Notes under the pieces: generated by a model | Told to the model about the DNA's origin: nothing | The model's database searches: none | Seen by the model: the letters and a program-made list of their open reading frames with translations, nothing else | In this document: positions 38,376 through 50,829 of the stretch, piece after piece | Layout of the letters: every line of letters begins with the position of its first letter | Position numbering within the stretch: the first letter of the stretch is position 1 | Translations under genes and position numbers: made by a program | Source: Harriotta raleighana | Taxonomy: Eukaryota | Length of the DNA stretch: 64,000 nt | NCBI GenBank assembly: GCA_050575255.1 | Contig: JBNZDD010013618.1 | Location: forward strand, 2,107,662 to 2,171,661 | Direction of reading: 5' to 3'

Positions 38376-38790
38376 CAGTAAAACCCCGTTTATCCGGCAC
38401 CCACGGGACCTGGCCAGTGGCGGTTAAACAGTTTTCTGGTTAAACAGATAAAATTATTTTTTTTTAATTAAAAATTATTTTAACACAGTAATAACAGATC
38501 ACCAGCTCCTACCCTATGCAAACACAGGAAGCTGCCATCAGCATGCCGCTAACCTTCAGCGAAGGGAAGGCACGGTCGATTACTGTGAAGCCTTCTTGCG
38601 AGGCATTTTGAATTCATCGAATAGGCTGAACTTGCAGAGAGAGTGAGAGTACACACACACACATACACACACATGTAAATGTTGAACAATACTATATAAA
38701 TAATAGACTAAATACACTAATAACATATTATACTAACAGAATATTATATTAGTACTTTATTATTTATACTTAACTTCTACAATGGCTGCT
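38376..38790. mobile_element. MITE family A, one TIR only (truncated)
   Basis: cagtaaaaccccgtttatccggcacccacgggacctggcc and internal tatacttaacttctacaatggc are shared with the 47022 and 52545 copies. Confidence 0.8.
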
Positions 38791-38899
38791 AAAGGAAGGG
38801 GGAGCCATTGCATGTTGGTTTAGTCCTCCTTTCTTAAATCTTCTTCACTGTCTTCTTGATAGATTCAAATATCCACCAGAAAGACAGTTCTCCCCACTA

Positions 38900-39212
38900 C
38901 CTCTGTGACCTCCCATCCCCCTACCAACCTGCCCACTACCTCTGCACAATGCTTCACGCTGCCCCACCTCACCCACCGTATGATTGGTAGGCGAGTCTTT
39001 GCCACTCTGCTCCCATCCTCTGGAACTCTATCCCTCCATCTCGTCCTCTCCCTTGCCTTCTTCAAGACTTGCTTCTTGACCCTCCTCTTTGACCGTGCCT
39101 TTGATCACTCTCTTATCCTCCCCAATCCCAACCACCAGTTTGATTGTCCAGCACCTTCGAACATTCTCCCCACCTGAAAGGCGCTAAACAAATGTAATTT
39201 GGATGTTGTTTT
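38900..39212 (+). mobile_element. L2 3' region
   Basis: ccatcctctggaactct...cttcaagact...ctctttgaccgtgcctttg...aaaggcgcta...gttgtt. Confidence 0.75.
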
Positions 39213-41404
39213 GAGAGGGGATCAAAACTACAGTGGTATATGAATTGAATTTTCAATAAAGAATATGATAATATTTTGGAGGTTTTATATAAGCAAATGT
39301 TTAATGAAAGAATCACAATATTAGTGATTCCATCACCGATGCTGTTAATTAGCACACAAAGCTCCTTTAGCATTTTAGTGACTCAAAGTATGCAGATATA
39401 TTCACTAGAGTATAACTAGAATAATGAAGCAATTAGCATATTGCAAGAGTCTGCTTGAAACCAAGATACAGTACTATAAAAATGTTAAGCTACTTTGGAA
39501 CTTCATAGAATTGAAAAAATAGAAAAGGTCTGAGCTGAACCCAAATATAGTCCTAACGATGAAAGGATATGAACTGGCTTTTCACCACATCATCGTACAG
39601 GTCGAGGTTTACTATTTGTTTCCTCAGAAATAATGTTAACATTAAGAATATGTTGTTTTTCTTGCTGCAGCATTAAAAAATGAACAATTCTATTTTAAGG
39701 CTGGGATAATCAGATATTTTCATCCTTCTGCAGAAGAGAGAACTGATTCACTAACCTTTTGATAAAATAATCCACTCAGTGGTTCCACCAGAAATTCTGT
39801 TTCATGTCTAATGTATTTAAAAATGCAGCCCCTGCTCTGCTCCTTATTAAAATAGATTGTGACGCTGTGCCAATTTATTTAAGCAGCCTCATGCAAAATT
39901 AAAGGATGCTTTTCTACCTAGTCATTTCTAAGTCAGTCAGTTGGGCATGATCAAACCTGGAGTCATTCACTCTGAAGTGAATGCCTTTGCCCATGCTCTG
40001 CAGGATTTGCCTTTGTTTGACATGAGAAATGTGCATCTCCCTCGATTTCTGCTGTTATTTGTAATAAGGAAACAAAGGCCAAACTGTGCACAAAGCAAGT
40101 CTGTGTGACTATGTGTTGGATTTTGGCAGTATTCCTGGAATTGCTGTTGATTTTATGTTCTTTATTATGTTATGTGTACAATGTACTGACCTATAATGGT
40201 TTCTGTTCATCAAGAGCAAAGTAATACAAACCTAAACCCTGAAACCCATATTAGCATATATGTCCTAGTTCTGTCATTTTGATTAATTTGTTTCTTTGTC
40301 TGCACCCTATACGGTGAGCATTATTAACTGCAGTGACGCCTAGTATGTCATTGACTTCCTTTAACGACTTTAAATTGTACTTTATTTTGCTTCAGTTTTT
40401 CCTCTTTTTTGCTGTTGTTTTTCTTATTCAGCATTCCTCCCGAGTTTTTTTTTGTTCACATGTGCTTTCATTAATAACTTGCTGTAGTGCTGTAGTAATC
40501 ACATATGGTAGTGGATATTCATGAAGCTGTGATCTCAGGGGCAGCAGCTGCTGATATAAGCTGAAAATAGATCCAACATACCTAGTGCAGTTCTCCCAGG
40601 GCTCCTTTATTTACTCGTAACACTCCCTGCCTGAGAAAAGCTGGCTTCATTAAAAGAAAAACAAGAGGAATTTTTATTTAGACTTTTACAACAATGGAAG
40701 AGTCAGTTACCACAGTTGTGATAAAATGTATGCCATACTCTTGGAACTGCTGTTGACATACTGTCCTTGATTTGCAAATTCAAAATAGGATTTAACCCTT
40801 GAATTATTCAGTCTTTCAGCACCATGAATATTTCTTCAGTCTTTTTTGTTAATAAATCACACAAGCAAAAATGTCCAGTTGCTTGCAGACGCTTGCATTT
40901 TATGTATTTTATGGTGCATTGTAGAAATGTGCTGTGAATCTTAGTTTAAAAAATATGTGGTTAGAAACGGTTCTTTTCGTAACATTTTGAAGCATCAAAA
41001 TCAAATAAAAATCTGCTGTGGATTGTTGGTTGTGAAGTAAAGAAATACACACAAGGGTTGCCAATTTGGCTTTGATGTTTTACTTTGTGGTGCGCAGTGG
41101 AAATAAAAGAATTTATGTATCTTGATGTATTACCATGCCTAGCAACAGAAGCAATAATAAATACTTCCAGTGGGATTCCATGGCTATGACCTCCTGGCTC
41201 TCTAGATTGCTGATGAACTAGTCCAAGGCTTACAGAGCATTGCAGACCTTAATTAAGACCAGCAAATAGGCATTGTATCCTATTTAAGGATAACTTATAA
41301 ACTAATCTTCATTCTGATTTACAAATGTAACTGTCAAAAGACAAAGGGGCCACAGCCAATGTAAATTCTCTGTCCCTATATTTGGCCCAGAAGATTTTAG
41401 CTAA

Positions 41405-41990
41405 GGCTTCTGTTACCCAGGACCCCTGCTGTTTTAACTAATTACCTGTCGGATATTATGTCCTGGGTGAGCTGTGACTTTCTCCAATTGAGGCTATCCT
41501 GCTCAGCTCCGATCAACTCCTCACCTCAGACACTGACCATATCAGCCTCCCTGGTTGTTGATCCCTTCAACTCATGGAGATTGTGCTTCAATGTTATGTT
41601 CAACCCTCAACTACTCATCAAAACGTTCATCCAGGTTGTCATCAAGTCCATTTATGTCTATCTCAGCAACAGTGCCCATCTCAGTCATTTCCTCACCCCC
41701 AACATGGGTCAAACGTCCTCGCCTTTGTCAATTCCAGACTTGACTTTTCCAGCATCTTGCTTGCCAGCCTCCTCGGGTCTACCCTCCAGAAATTACAGAC
41801 CACACAGAGTTCTACAGCTCATATACTCTCTCCACTATCCTGTACTCATCTCTTAGCCTGGCTCAACCAGTTCCTTATTCCTTACTTTTAATTTTTTATT
41901 TAAAATTACAATTTTAAGATCATCCACATCTTCAAATAAAATATGTCTTGCACTGCCCTATCTCTGAGATCTCCTAACTCTGGCCTACTT
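41405..41990 (+). mobile_element. Old L2 ORF2 remnant
   Basis: AFVNSRLDFSSILLASL...LQKLQTTQ resembles the L2 motif SRLDYCNSLL. Confidence 0.7.
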
Positions 41991-43629
41991 CTCGGCCATT
42001 TCTTTTTCCAAATCCTGTCTGCCTGCTTCATGGCACACACCCATTCGTTTTGGTTGGTCAAAAAAGATGAAGCAGTCAATAGGAGGTATTTTTAGTACTC
42101 AAATCCAAGGACAACCATAATAGTATTGGACATCTTAAAACTTAAGTTTGTACAGAACTCTGGGGAAATCTTCAATTTACTCTGAATTTGATTGATTTTA
42201 AAATGAATGGATTTCCAGATTGAGATTGAATGTAAGAACTTTCCAGAGTTCTACATGATCTCCAATTATCAGATAAAACAAGCTAATTTGCTAATCCTAG
42301 ATGAAATTTCAGGTCACTGATCCGCTGCGTCCTGCAGCATGAATTAATGTAATTGAGATATTCGACAAAATTAATTGGCCCAAAATGGACTTTATTCGCA
42401 TAATTTGATACAAAAATGTTTGATTGTCAGTGGAGAGATTTAATTGCATATCCAACATATTTTTGTCACCTGAGGGAGGAACAGCATCTTTTTGAAACAA
42501 TTGTCATTTATCTTGTTGTCTCTTCAAAAGCAGATTTCCTGCATGAAATGGGAAGATATTTGATAATTTTGTATAGATTTTGTTTTGTAACATGAAGGTT
42601 TCCTCATATAATTAGTCCCCATTATAAGCACACACTGAGAGAGTATGATGCATTTATCTATCAGGGGAAGTTAACCCTCCCCCCAAACAGGCTATTATCT
42701 CTATTATATTGCTACATGCTGGTGCTTCATGTGAGGAGTTTTACAAAGAATACAATGCGAATTTGAATTTATGTAGGACTTTCTCATCAGCAAGACATCC
42801 CAAGCTGTTGGTCAATCCAAGGTGCATCTAAGTTGGGTGGGAGGACGGGTGGGGCAGGTGAGGTGAGGAAGGAAAGATGGCCGAAGCACAGTTAAAGAGG
42901 AAGGTCTTGAGGCAAACCATGAAGTAAGCGAGTAGAGGGGCAAGTTGAAGGGATCTGGGATGGAATTCTAAAGAGGGGTGGACAGCTGCTCTAAAACCCA
43001 ACTGCCCGTGAAGTATTTGAAGCACACATAGTACATTAAGTTGACCAACAGTTGTGAATACTTGTTTCTTTTAGCTAGTGAATCTTCAGTTAATTGTGTT
43101 TAAATCAAATTCAATCATTATCACAAATAATAACAATAATCATTTTATTTGGTATTGCGTCTTAGCAAGGATTCAAAAGTGCTTCACAGGATATTACTGT
43201 GGAATGAAATGATTTTATATTTCTAGGTTGATGCAGCAACTAATTTGTGCACAGTAATCAGTTACCCACAAACAGCCATGGAGTAAGTAACCAATTTTAT
43301 TTGGAGGATTGTTGATTAGGAGACACTCTCGTTTCCTTTCAAATAGTGTGATAGGATCTTTAGCATCCACCCCAAGCCTTGGCTGTTGCTAACCTGCACC
43401 TAATACTTTCTGGAATTAGGTAAGCAGGATGCATCCCTCCAGACATAGTGTGCATTCCATTCCAACGATCTATCTCTGAAATTTCCGTGTGTACGTGGGA
43501 AGCACAAAATCCTGAGTTTCAGTTGGATACTCTTGAGAATAGTGGTGTGTTTCTGCAAATGACAGACACCTGGCTGACACTCCCAAAAATAATTTACAGA
43601 AGGCCAGATTTGGCCAGGCTCTTCTGATT

Positions 43630-44010
43630 CCCGATCACCGAACGGATAGACTTCAAGATCCTCACATTTGTGTTCAAATCATTCTCTGGCACCATCTCCT
43701 TACTTCCCAATCCACCAATCGGCACTTCCGCTCAACTGCAACCAGCCTCCTGTCTCTCAGATCCTCTGCCTCATCATCGGAGGTCGCACTTTCATCCACT
43801 ATGCCCTAAAAACTCTGGAAATCTCTCCCTCAGTCCCTCTGCCTCACCCCATTTCACCCCCCTTTTCAAGTGCCGCCTGAAAAACATCCTCTTCAACCAT
43901 GCTTATGGCCACCTCTCCCGGGTTTGGAGTCAAGCTCCGCCACTATTACACATTCCGAGATGTTACCCTGCGTGGAGGGTGCTATATAAGTGCAAGATAT
44001 TGTTATTGTA
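43630..44010 (+). mobile_element. L2 3' region
   Basis: cggatagacttcaagatcctc (RIDFKIL) through tggagggtgctatataagtgcaagatattgttattg. Confidence 0.8.
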
Positions 44011-44797
44011 TGACTGCTATTTCAAACAATTGTCAAATTTGAGCCTGTGCTCCACATTGCTCATGACTTAAGATGAGAGCAGTTTGCTCAGCAGATCAGG
44101 AAGCTACATCTAGGCCCCGAAGGCTGACCTGTGTGTGTGGTGAGCACATTGCTAAGCCTCATGTTTTCAGATTCTCCATTCCCTCTACAACACAGCTGAC
44201 CAGGTGTGGGGAGAGATTCAGCAGATGCTGACAGAAGAAGCAGTAGGTTTGCACAGTAAATCTTCCCACATCTGCCCGCCTTTGAAGGAATTCTGGGAAT
44301 CAGAAGCTCAATTTCTCTGCCATTCCTACGTTCCTCTCTTTTAACAAGAACAACAAAATCACACTTATAGAGCACGTTTCGCGTCCAGAGGACATCGCAA
44401 GGTATTTTTAACACGTAGCTATCAATTCAGGATTGTCACCGGAAGCATCATTGGCATTGTAAAACACTTCACAGGATACAAATGGCAATTTACACACAAC
44501 AATGTCCCACAGAGACCAGAGTGCTAACTAAGTGAGCCTTTCACTGTAAGGCATTCAGGATCACACGATTGGCTCTCATAAGACTTGATGTCCATGTCTG
44601 TGTGGCATTCAGAGGATTATATGAAAAAAAACTCCTCACATCTCTCCTGCTTTTTGCAGTGGCCAAGTGGTGGTGCACAGGTACAATACTGTCAAGGCAC
44701 AATGTCATCAGACACAAACACGAGTTGCAAAATTTTGCGTTGAGTCAAATTGAGGTACAATCTTCAGAGAATCTATTTTATGAGAAGTATGAGATTG

Positions 44798-45480
44798 AAC
44801 AAGAACAACAACAACTTGCATTTATATAGTGATGTGTGGTAATGTCCTGGAGCTCTTGACAGTGGTGGAGTCTGATAATGAGGGAGACGGAGGCAAGAGG
44901 CGATCATAACCACGATCAAATAGGAACACCTTTATGTGAGATAGTGGGGAGGAGGGACCAAGGTGGATTGTTTGATGGAGAGAGTGTTTTGGGGTGTACT
45001 GACTGAAAACACGGCCATCCATGGTGGAACAGATGGGACAAGCGACAAAAAGGAAGCCGAAGCCAGCCAACCAAGTGGAGACAGCGGGTGGTGGAGTGGG
45101 GAGTAAGCAGGTCAGGTAGGTAGGGAGGTGCAAGGGCATGAAGGGATTTAAAAACCAGTGAGAGAATCTCGATATCAATCCATTCAGTAATTTGGAGTCA
45201 GTGGAGCCTGGCAAGGACTGGTTGATGGGGGTACAGAGGTTTGTGTGGGTGAGTATCCAAATTAATTGGATTTTCTGTATGGAGGAACTGGGGATACCAG
45301 CGAGGAGGGCATTAGAATATTCCAGCTGAGAAGTGACAAAAACTCAGCTGAGGGTTTCAGTGAATGTGAGGTACCGACAGTCAATGTGATGAAGGTGGAA
45401 AAAAGTGATTATGGTTAGGGAACAGATGTGGGGTAGAACAGAAAACTGAGGATCGAACCTGATGCCTGAGTTTCACACTG
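44798..45480 (-). mobile_element. 5'-truncated L2 LINE
   Basis: aacaacaacaacttgcatttatatag tail; body similar to 30357-31200. Confidence 0.8.
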
Positions 45481-45592
45481 GTTTGAAAGGGAGACCCTGG
45501 AGAGATTGAGTTCGGACCCGCCTCCTTTTTCCAACCCAAAATGTAAAAGGTTTACTGACCGTTTCCCTCATGGAGGTGTTGCAGCTTTATTA

Positions 45593-45994
45593 CAGTAAAA
45601 CCTTGGTTATCCGTGACCCGATCAACCGTGATTCGATTCAATTGCTCGACCCCCTCCCAGGACAATTCCCCATTCCAGAATCGCGAGTTTGCTCACTTTG
45701 CGAATGCGTGCAATGCATGCACATGCGCAATTAGTAAACTTACTAACTTAGGGTTTTTAACCAATCGGTAAAAAATGCTGCTTTACCGATTTTTTCCCAA
45801 ATCTGCTAGAATGCTTTGTTGGTAAGTATCCATACAATATTCTATTACTATGTAGTGTATTATTAACACGGTATGTTTTAAAATAAGTTACATTTTTATG
45901 TCGGGTTTTCAGCGACTTCTCCCTCGTTTATCCGGCACCGTCAATTAGTCGACCCCCCCCCCCCCGAGAGTGCCGGATAAAGAAGGTTTTACTG
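45593..45994. mobile_element. MITE family A-related, 402 bp
   Basis: TA|cagtaaaaccttggttatccg ... cggataaagaaggttttactg|TG; same orientation as the 21659 copy. Confidence 0.85.
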
Positions 45995-46147
45995 TGTATA
46001 AAAATATAAACCAAGCTAATACTAAAATTAGCCCAAAATATTCCATATCAGAGAGGGCACTGATGCAGATTGTTTGGCAATGTGCAGAAAGGTGTTTTAC
46101 TTTGTTTAATTCAAATCATCAGATTAGTTTGGTGTATTTCTGATAAG

Positions 46148-46330
46148 AATAATCCTTGCATTTTATATAGTGCTTTTTACGTCCTCTAGACGTCTCAAAG
46201 CGCTTCACAGAATATACTGTAAAGTGAATTGACTGTATATTTGTGAGCGAAAATGCGGTAGCCAATTGCACACAGCAGTGTCCCATAAAGAGTTGTTGAT
46301 TAAAGTGACCAATTTATTATTTATTATATA
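46148..46330 (-). mobile_element. SINE 3' half
   Basis: aataatccttgcatttt...gacgtctcaaagcgcttcacagaata...gccaattgcacacagcagtgtccca. Confidence 0.85.
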
Positions 46331-46874
46331 TTTATTATTGTTTTAATTCTGAATTATCAAATTTAAGTTGTGGTGGAAATCCAAGAAAATTATTTATCAG
46401 CAGCAGACCTCAATAGATAGACTTGTGTTTTTGATTTGTGATAATATTTGCGTTTCATCAGCTCCAGCAGTTATGTCATGGTTTTCCCAGTGGTGGTATA
46501 TGTATAATGTTAGTTGTCCAAAAAGTCTCCAATTTGATTCCTGGCAGGAGGAATTAACTTGTGAGTCACAGCACAATAGGCTGTGTTATATCTGTATCTA
46601 AGCGTACTCATGCATTACTAACTGAGTGCATATTTGTACATGTCAAGGAACAGTACATAATACAGTTTGGTTGACAGAAAATAATCACTTTTAGGTGACA
46701 TTTTTTAAGACTTGTTTAACTAAATAGTTGTTTAAATCATAGTTTTTTTAAATTAAAAAATGATGTGATTTAGATCCGGAAAGGTGTTATACAAATATAA
46801 AATTTTGTTGTTGTTTTTTGTGAGCCTGCCCAGGGTCTATTCCCAGGCAGTGCCAGTCAGAAAATTGCATGTTT

Positions 46875-47005
46875 GTTTCCTGGTCTATGTTGATCTCAGC
46901 AATCAACAGAAGTTGAGGTGCTAACATTTTATGTTGTACCCCTGAGTCAGGGAGGAGAAAAATCAGCAAGGTTTCCTGCTCCCGATTCTAACCAGAGATC
47001 CAGAG
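46875..47005 (+). mobile_element. AmnSINE2-like fragment, apparently continuing at about 47860-47910 beyond the MITE
   Basis: cctggtct...tgatctcagc...cccctgagtcagggaggagaaaaatcagcaaggtttcctgctcccgatt. Confidence 0.55.
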
Positions 47006-47021
47006 CCCCAAATTCTACATA

Positions 47022-47639
47022 CAATTAAAGCCCGTTTATCCGGCACCACGGGACCTGGCCAGGTTAAACGTCTTTCCAGTTGAACGTTTTTTCAAAATTA
47101 TTTTAATATTGATTATTTTAATACATACCATATTAATAATAGACTAAATAATAACAGATAATAACAATATTATATGGGTATTTTATTGTAAATGTTGTAC
47201 ACTGTACCATATAAATGATAGAGTAAATACAGTAATAACAGATACTATCATAGTAGAATATTTTACGGCTAGTTTATTGTAAATGTTGAACACTACTATA
47301 TAAATAATAGACTAAATATACTAATAACAGATACTATAATAACAGAATATTGTATTGGTACTTTATTATTTATACTTAACTTCTACAATGGCCGCCACGG
47401 GAGGAAAACAAAACGGTAGTGTGACTTTTTTTAAAAACGGCAGTAGCGTGTCTTTAGACTCGACTAGCAGCCAGCCAATATATTTGCACAGTACTCGCAT
47501 GCGACAATCGATTCATTAAATGCATCATTGCTATTCTGCCGGATAACTTCCGGTTTATCGAATCAAGACTTTTTTTTTTGAGGTGCCGGTTCAACGGGTT
47601 TTCCGGTTCATCGAGTCACGGATAAACAGGCTTTTACTG
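47022..47639. mobile_element. MITE family A, 618 bp, with internal AT-rich tandem duplications
   Basis: TA|caattaaagcccgtttatccg ... cggataaacaggcttttactg|TA. Confidence 0.88.
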
Positions 47640-48079
47640 TAGTTTTAACCTGCAAGAAAGACTATTATGTCTTAAAAGATAAGTTCATGTAGAATTGCGG
47701 AAAGTGTTGCAATTTAGCCTTTTTCTGGAAGCCAATTTCTTTTTAAAAACTACACAAACTCAACATCCAAATTGACATTGAATTAAGAGTTTTTCTGCAA
47801 TTCCACACAATGTTACAACAGTCTTAAAACAGAATTGGATTACAGATAAAGCCGAGGTGCTCACTGTGGGAGTCAGTTGAGGACTGGATCAGGCTCAGCT
47901 GATGTGGACAGTTCTACAGTTCTACCACAGTTCTCACTTTCAAGGCAGAAATGCTTCCAAAAATGGATTATTTACAGTTTCCACAAATTGTGCCCAACTC
48001 AGCTAAGGTCCTGGTAGCAACAGTGTAAGACAGTTAAACTTGCAAATAACACCAAGTTGGATTGAAGAGGAACCAGCAA

Positions 48080-48735
48080 AGGTCTACAAAAATAATTTAA
48101 TAGGGATGCACATAACCAATAACTGCCAAATGAAGCTCAATACTGATGAATATAAGTTACTACACATAGGATCCAAAATAGGAAACACAAGAACTCCACA
48201 AATGGGATTCAACTATTTCAGAACAATGTGAGGCACGAATAAACAAGGCAAACAAGATGGGTGATATTACTAACTCAGTTGAGATTAGATCCCTAGATGT
48301 CATTCTCAGACCATACCTTTAATAGTGCAGAGTGTTCTAGTCACCACAACATAAGGGGCTGTCCAGGTCCTGTTCCAGTGTTAGAGGAATGAGTTAAGAG
48401 AAACAACCAGACAAGTTAGGTCTCTTTAGTCTTGAAAGAAGATGACTCAGAGGGAACATCATACAAGTGTGGATCAATACTTTAGAATGCTACAGATAGC
48501 ATAATAAGCAGACATAGTTTTACAGTTGTAAAGAGCAATTTCAGGACAGATACCAGGAACTTTTCTTTATGCAAAAGATAATCAATGACTAGAACCAGTT
48601 GCTAGGAAAGGTGCTAGATGCTAGGACACTAGACTCATTTAAAACGCAGTTTATTACAGTGACGGGGGAAGATGGGATGAAAGGAAGAGATCAATTGAGC
48701 CGAAGAGCCTTCTTCATCCTGAACAATCTTATGAA
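48080..48735 (+). mobile_element. Highly degraded CR1-type 3' region
   Basis: tctctttagtcttgaaagaagatgactcagaggga and a terminal gagccgaagagccttcttcatcc...tcttatg. Confidence 0.6.
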
Positions 48736-49554
48736 GAAGCAAATAACTATTAGTAACATACCTAAAGAGTGAAAATGTTTGTTCTTTCCTGTCCCTTTGG
48801 CAAAGATCACGATATGAGCCTTATTAATTTGACCAGTGCATTCCACAGAGGGACTATTTCTTCCAAAGGTATTTGATTGTCAATGCCAATACCTGTTGTA
48901 ATTATCATCAAGATCCTTATAACCAGATGTTATATATCTGCATTAATGCTCCCTGATCCGCAGTGATAATCAAGCAAAACTTCAGGATATTTATCCACCC
49001 ATTTTAAAGCGATTTATCAGCATAGCCTTAAGTGCTTTTAATGAAAGTTTATTCCTAGTTTTAAAAAGGTATTTATTCTAATCTACAGTTTTTTTTAAGG
49101 CTTGCCTGCGTTGTGCACCTGTCTTTTAGTTCTGTGATCACAGAGAAGTAATCTATCTATACTGTGCCTTTCATCATTTAAAGATCTGGCTTATGCCTGC
49201 TTTCATTCTTTGCTCCTTTTAAAACAAGTCCAATGTTGTCATTTTAGCGTCATCGTAACCATGGATATTGAATCACAGAATTAACTAATCTGCCGGCTCT
49301 GAATCCCTATCAATGCCTTTTTAGGAAGTCATGGTATCTAGACGACTGCACACATATCCATAGTGCAAAAAGTGAGACTAATGCTCTAAGATGCATTGAG
49401 GTCTTGGTTAGCTTACTGATAAATCTTGCATTGACTGGGTTCTCTTCCAATTGCCAACTATCAGCTTCAGCATTTTTCTTTCCCACTATTCCCAGTGGAT
49501 TCCCATTCATTGGGTATCTGCTTGTGCATTAAACTTTTTTTTACATGACATATT

Positions 49555-49950
49555 ATACAGATAAATGCAAGATTCTATGTGGAAGAAGTAAGAACAGGAA
49601 ACACATGTACTCCATGAATGGCATCAAACTTGTCAAAGGGGAAGCTGAAAGAGATCTAGGGGTGTTAGTTGACTCATTGATCACTATGTCAAAACAGACT
49701 GCTATAAACAAGGCAAACAGGATGCTGGGTTATATTGCTAAATCAGTTAAGTTCAGATCATGTTATACTCAGGCCTCATCTTGAGTACTGCATGGCACCA
49801 TGACATTACGGGTTTAGAATCAGTGCAGGGGAGACCAATAAGGATAATCCCCAATTTGGGGGGAATGAACTATGAACAATTTTTTTTAATTTAAAGGGCT
49901 CTTCTGTCTTGAGAGAAGAAAACTCAGAAGGGATCTTGTAGGGATATAGT
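49555..49950 (+). mobile_element. Degraded CR1-type ORF2 fragment
   Basis: DKCKIL...EAERDLGVLVDS...AINKANRMLGYI motif in ORF 49545-49784. Confidence 0.8.
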
Positions 49951-50077
49951 TTTTAAATGTTGAAGTTTTTCTTTACCTAGAGGGTAAGAACCTACATCTA
50001 GATTGATGGTGCACAATTTTCCAGTAATGCAAAATGAAATACAAACAAATATCACTGGCACATCAAATTACGTAATA

Positions 50078-50829
50078 CAGGCAGTCCTCAAGTTACGTCA
50101 GGGTTAGGTTCCTAAGATGTGGTGTAAGTCGAATTTGTATGTAAGTCGAGTCACCCCCCCCTATAATGCTTACAGTAACATACAGTGATTGGTCGTAGTG
50201 TATAGTGAGCTGCCCCCTCTCCCCTGCCCCCCTCCTAATATGTACAGTACTGTAAATAAAATAAAATATTACTATGTACTTACATGGCTTCATTGTGAGT
50301 CTGGCACTCGACGTAGCGCAACACAGGAGATCACACGCGACGTAGCGCAACGCAGGAGATCACACGTGACGTAGCGCAACACAGGAGATCACACGCGACG
50401 TAGTGCAACACAGGAGATCACACGCGACATAGCGCAACGCAGATCACGCGTGACGTAGCACAACGCAGATCACGCGTGACGTAGCGCAACGCAGATCACG
50501 CGTGACGTAGCACAACGCAGATCACACGTGACGTAGCGCAGTCTAAAGGCTGGAGAGTACTGTCCCGCCGAGCTCACAGCCTCACACAGTACCTGTACAG
50601 TACACACTCGCGTCACGCCTCCATCCTGTTCCTGAACGCGTATCGTGGGCCCGTAAGTGCTGAGAGCAGCGACTCCAGTTTTCTATCGCGCGTGGGGCAA
50701 CTAAAGTATTTACATAGTAGTGTCGTAACTTCGAGAACTTGGATGTAACTCGGACGTAATTTTACTGATTTTAAGTGTCGTAACTTCGAATTGTCGTACC
50801 TCGAAACGTCGTAACTAGAGGACTGCCTG
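50078..50829. mobile_element. Tigger-like MITE family C (752 bp) carrying a CpG-rich minisatellite
   Basis: TA|caggcagtcctcaagttacg ... cgtaactagaggactgcctg|TA; subterminal gtcgtaacttcga repeats. Confidence 0.9.
50309..50540. repeat. Minisatellite: 4 x 29 bp, then 4 x 26 bp, then a 12-bp partial unit
   Basis: YgacgtagcgcaacRcaggagatcacacg x4, then YgacgtagcRcaacgcagatcacgcg x4; no spacers. Confidence 0.95.

Noticed and set aside
50309-50540. CRISPR-like array (26-29 bp repeats)
   Set aside because: Units are head-to-tail with no unique spacers, there are no cas genes, and the array sits inside a eukaryotic MITE.
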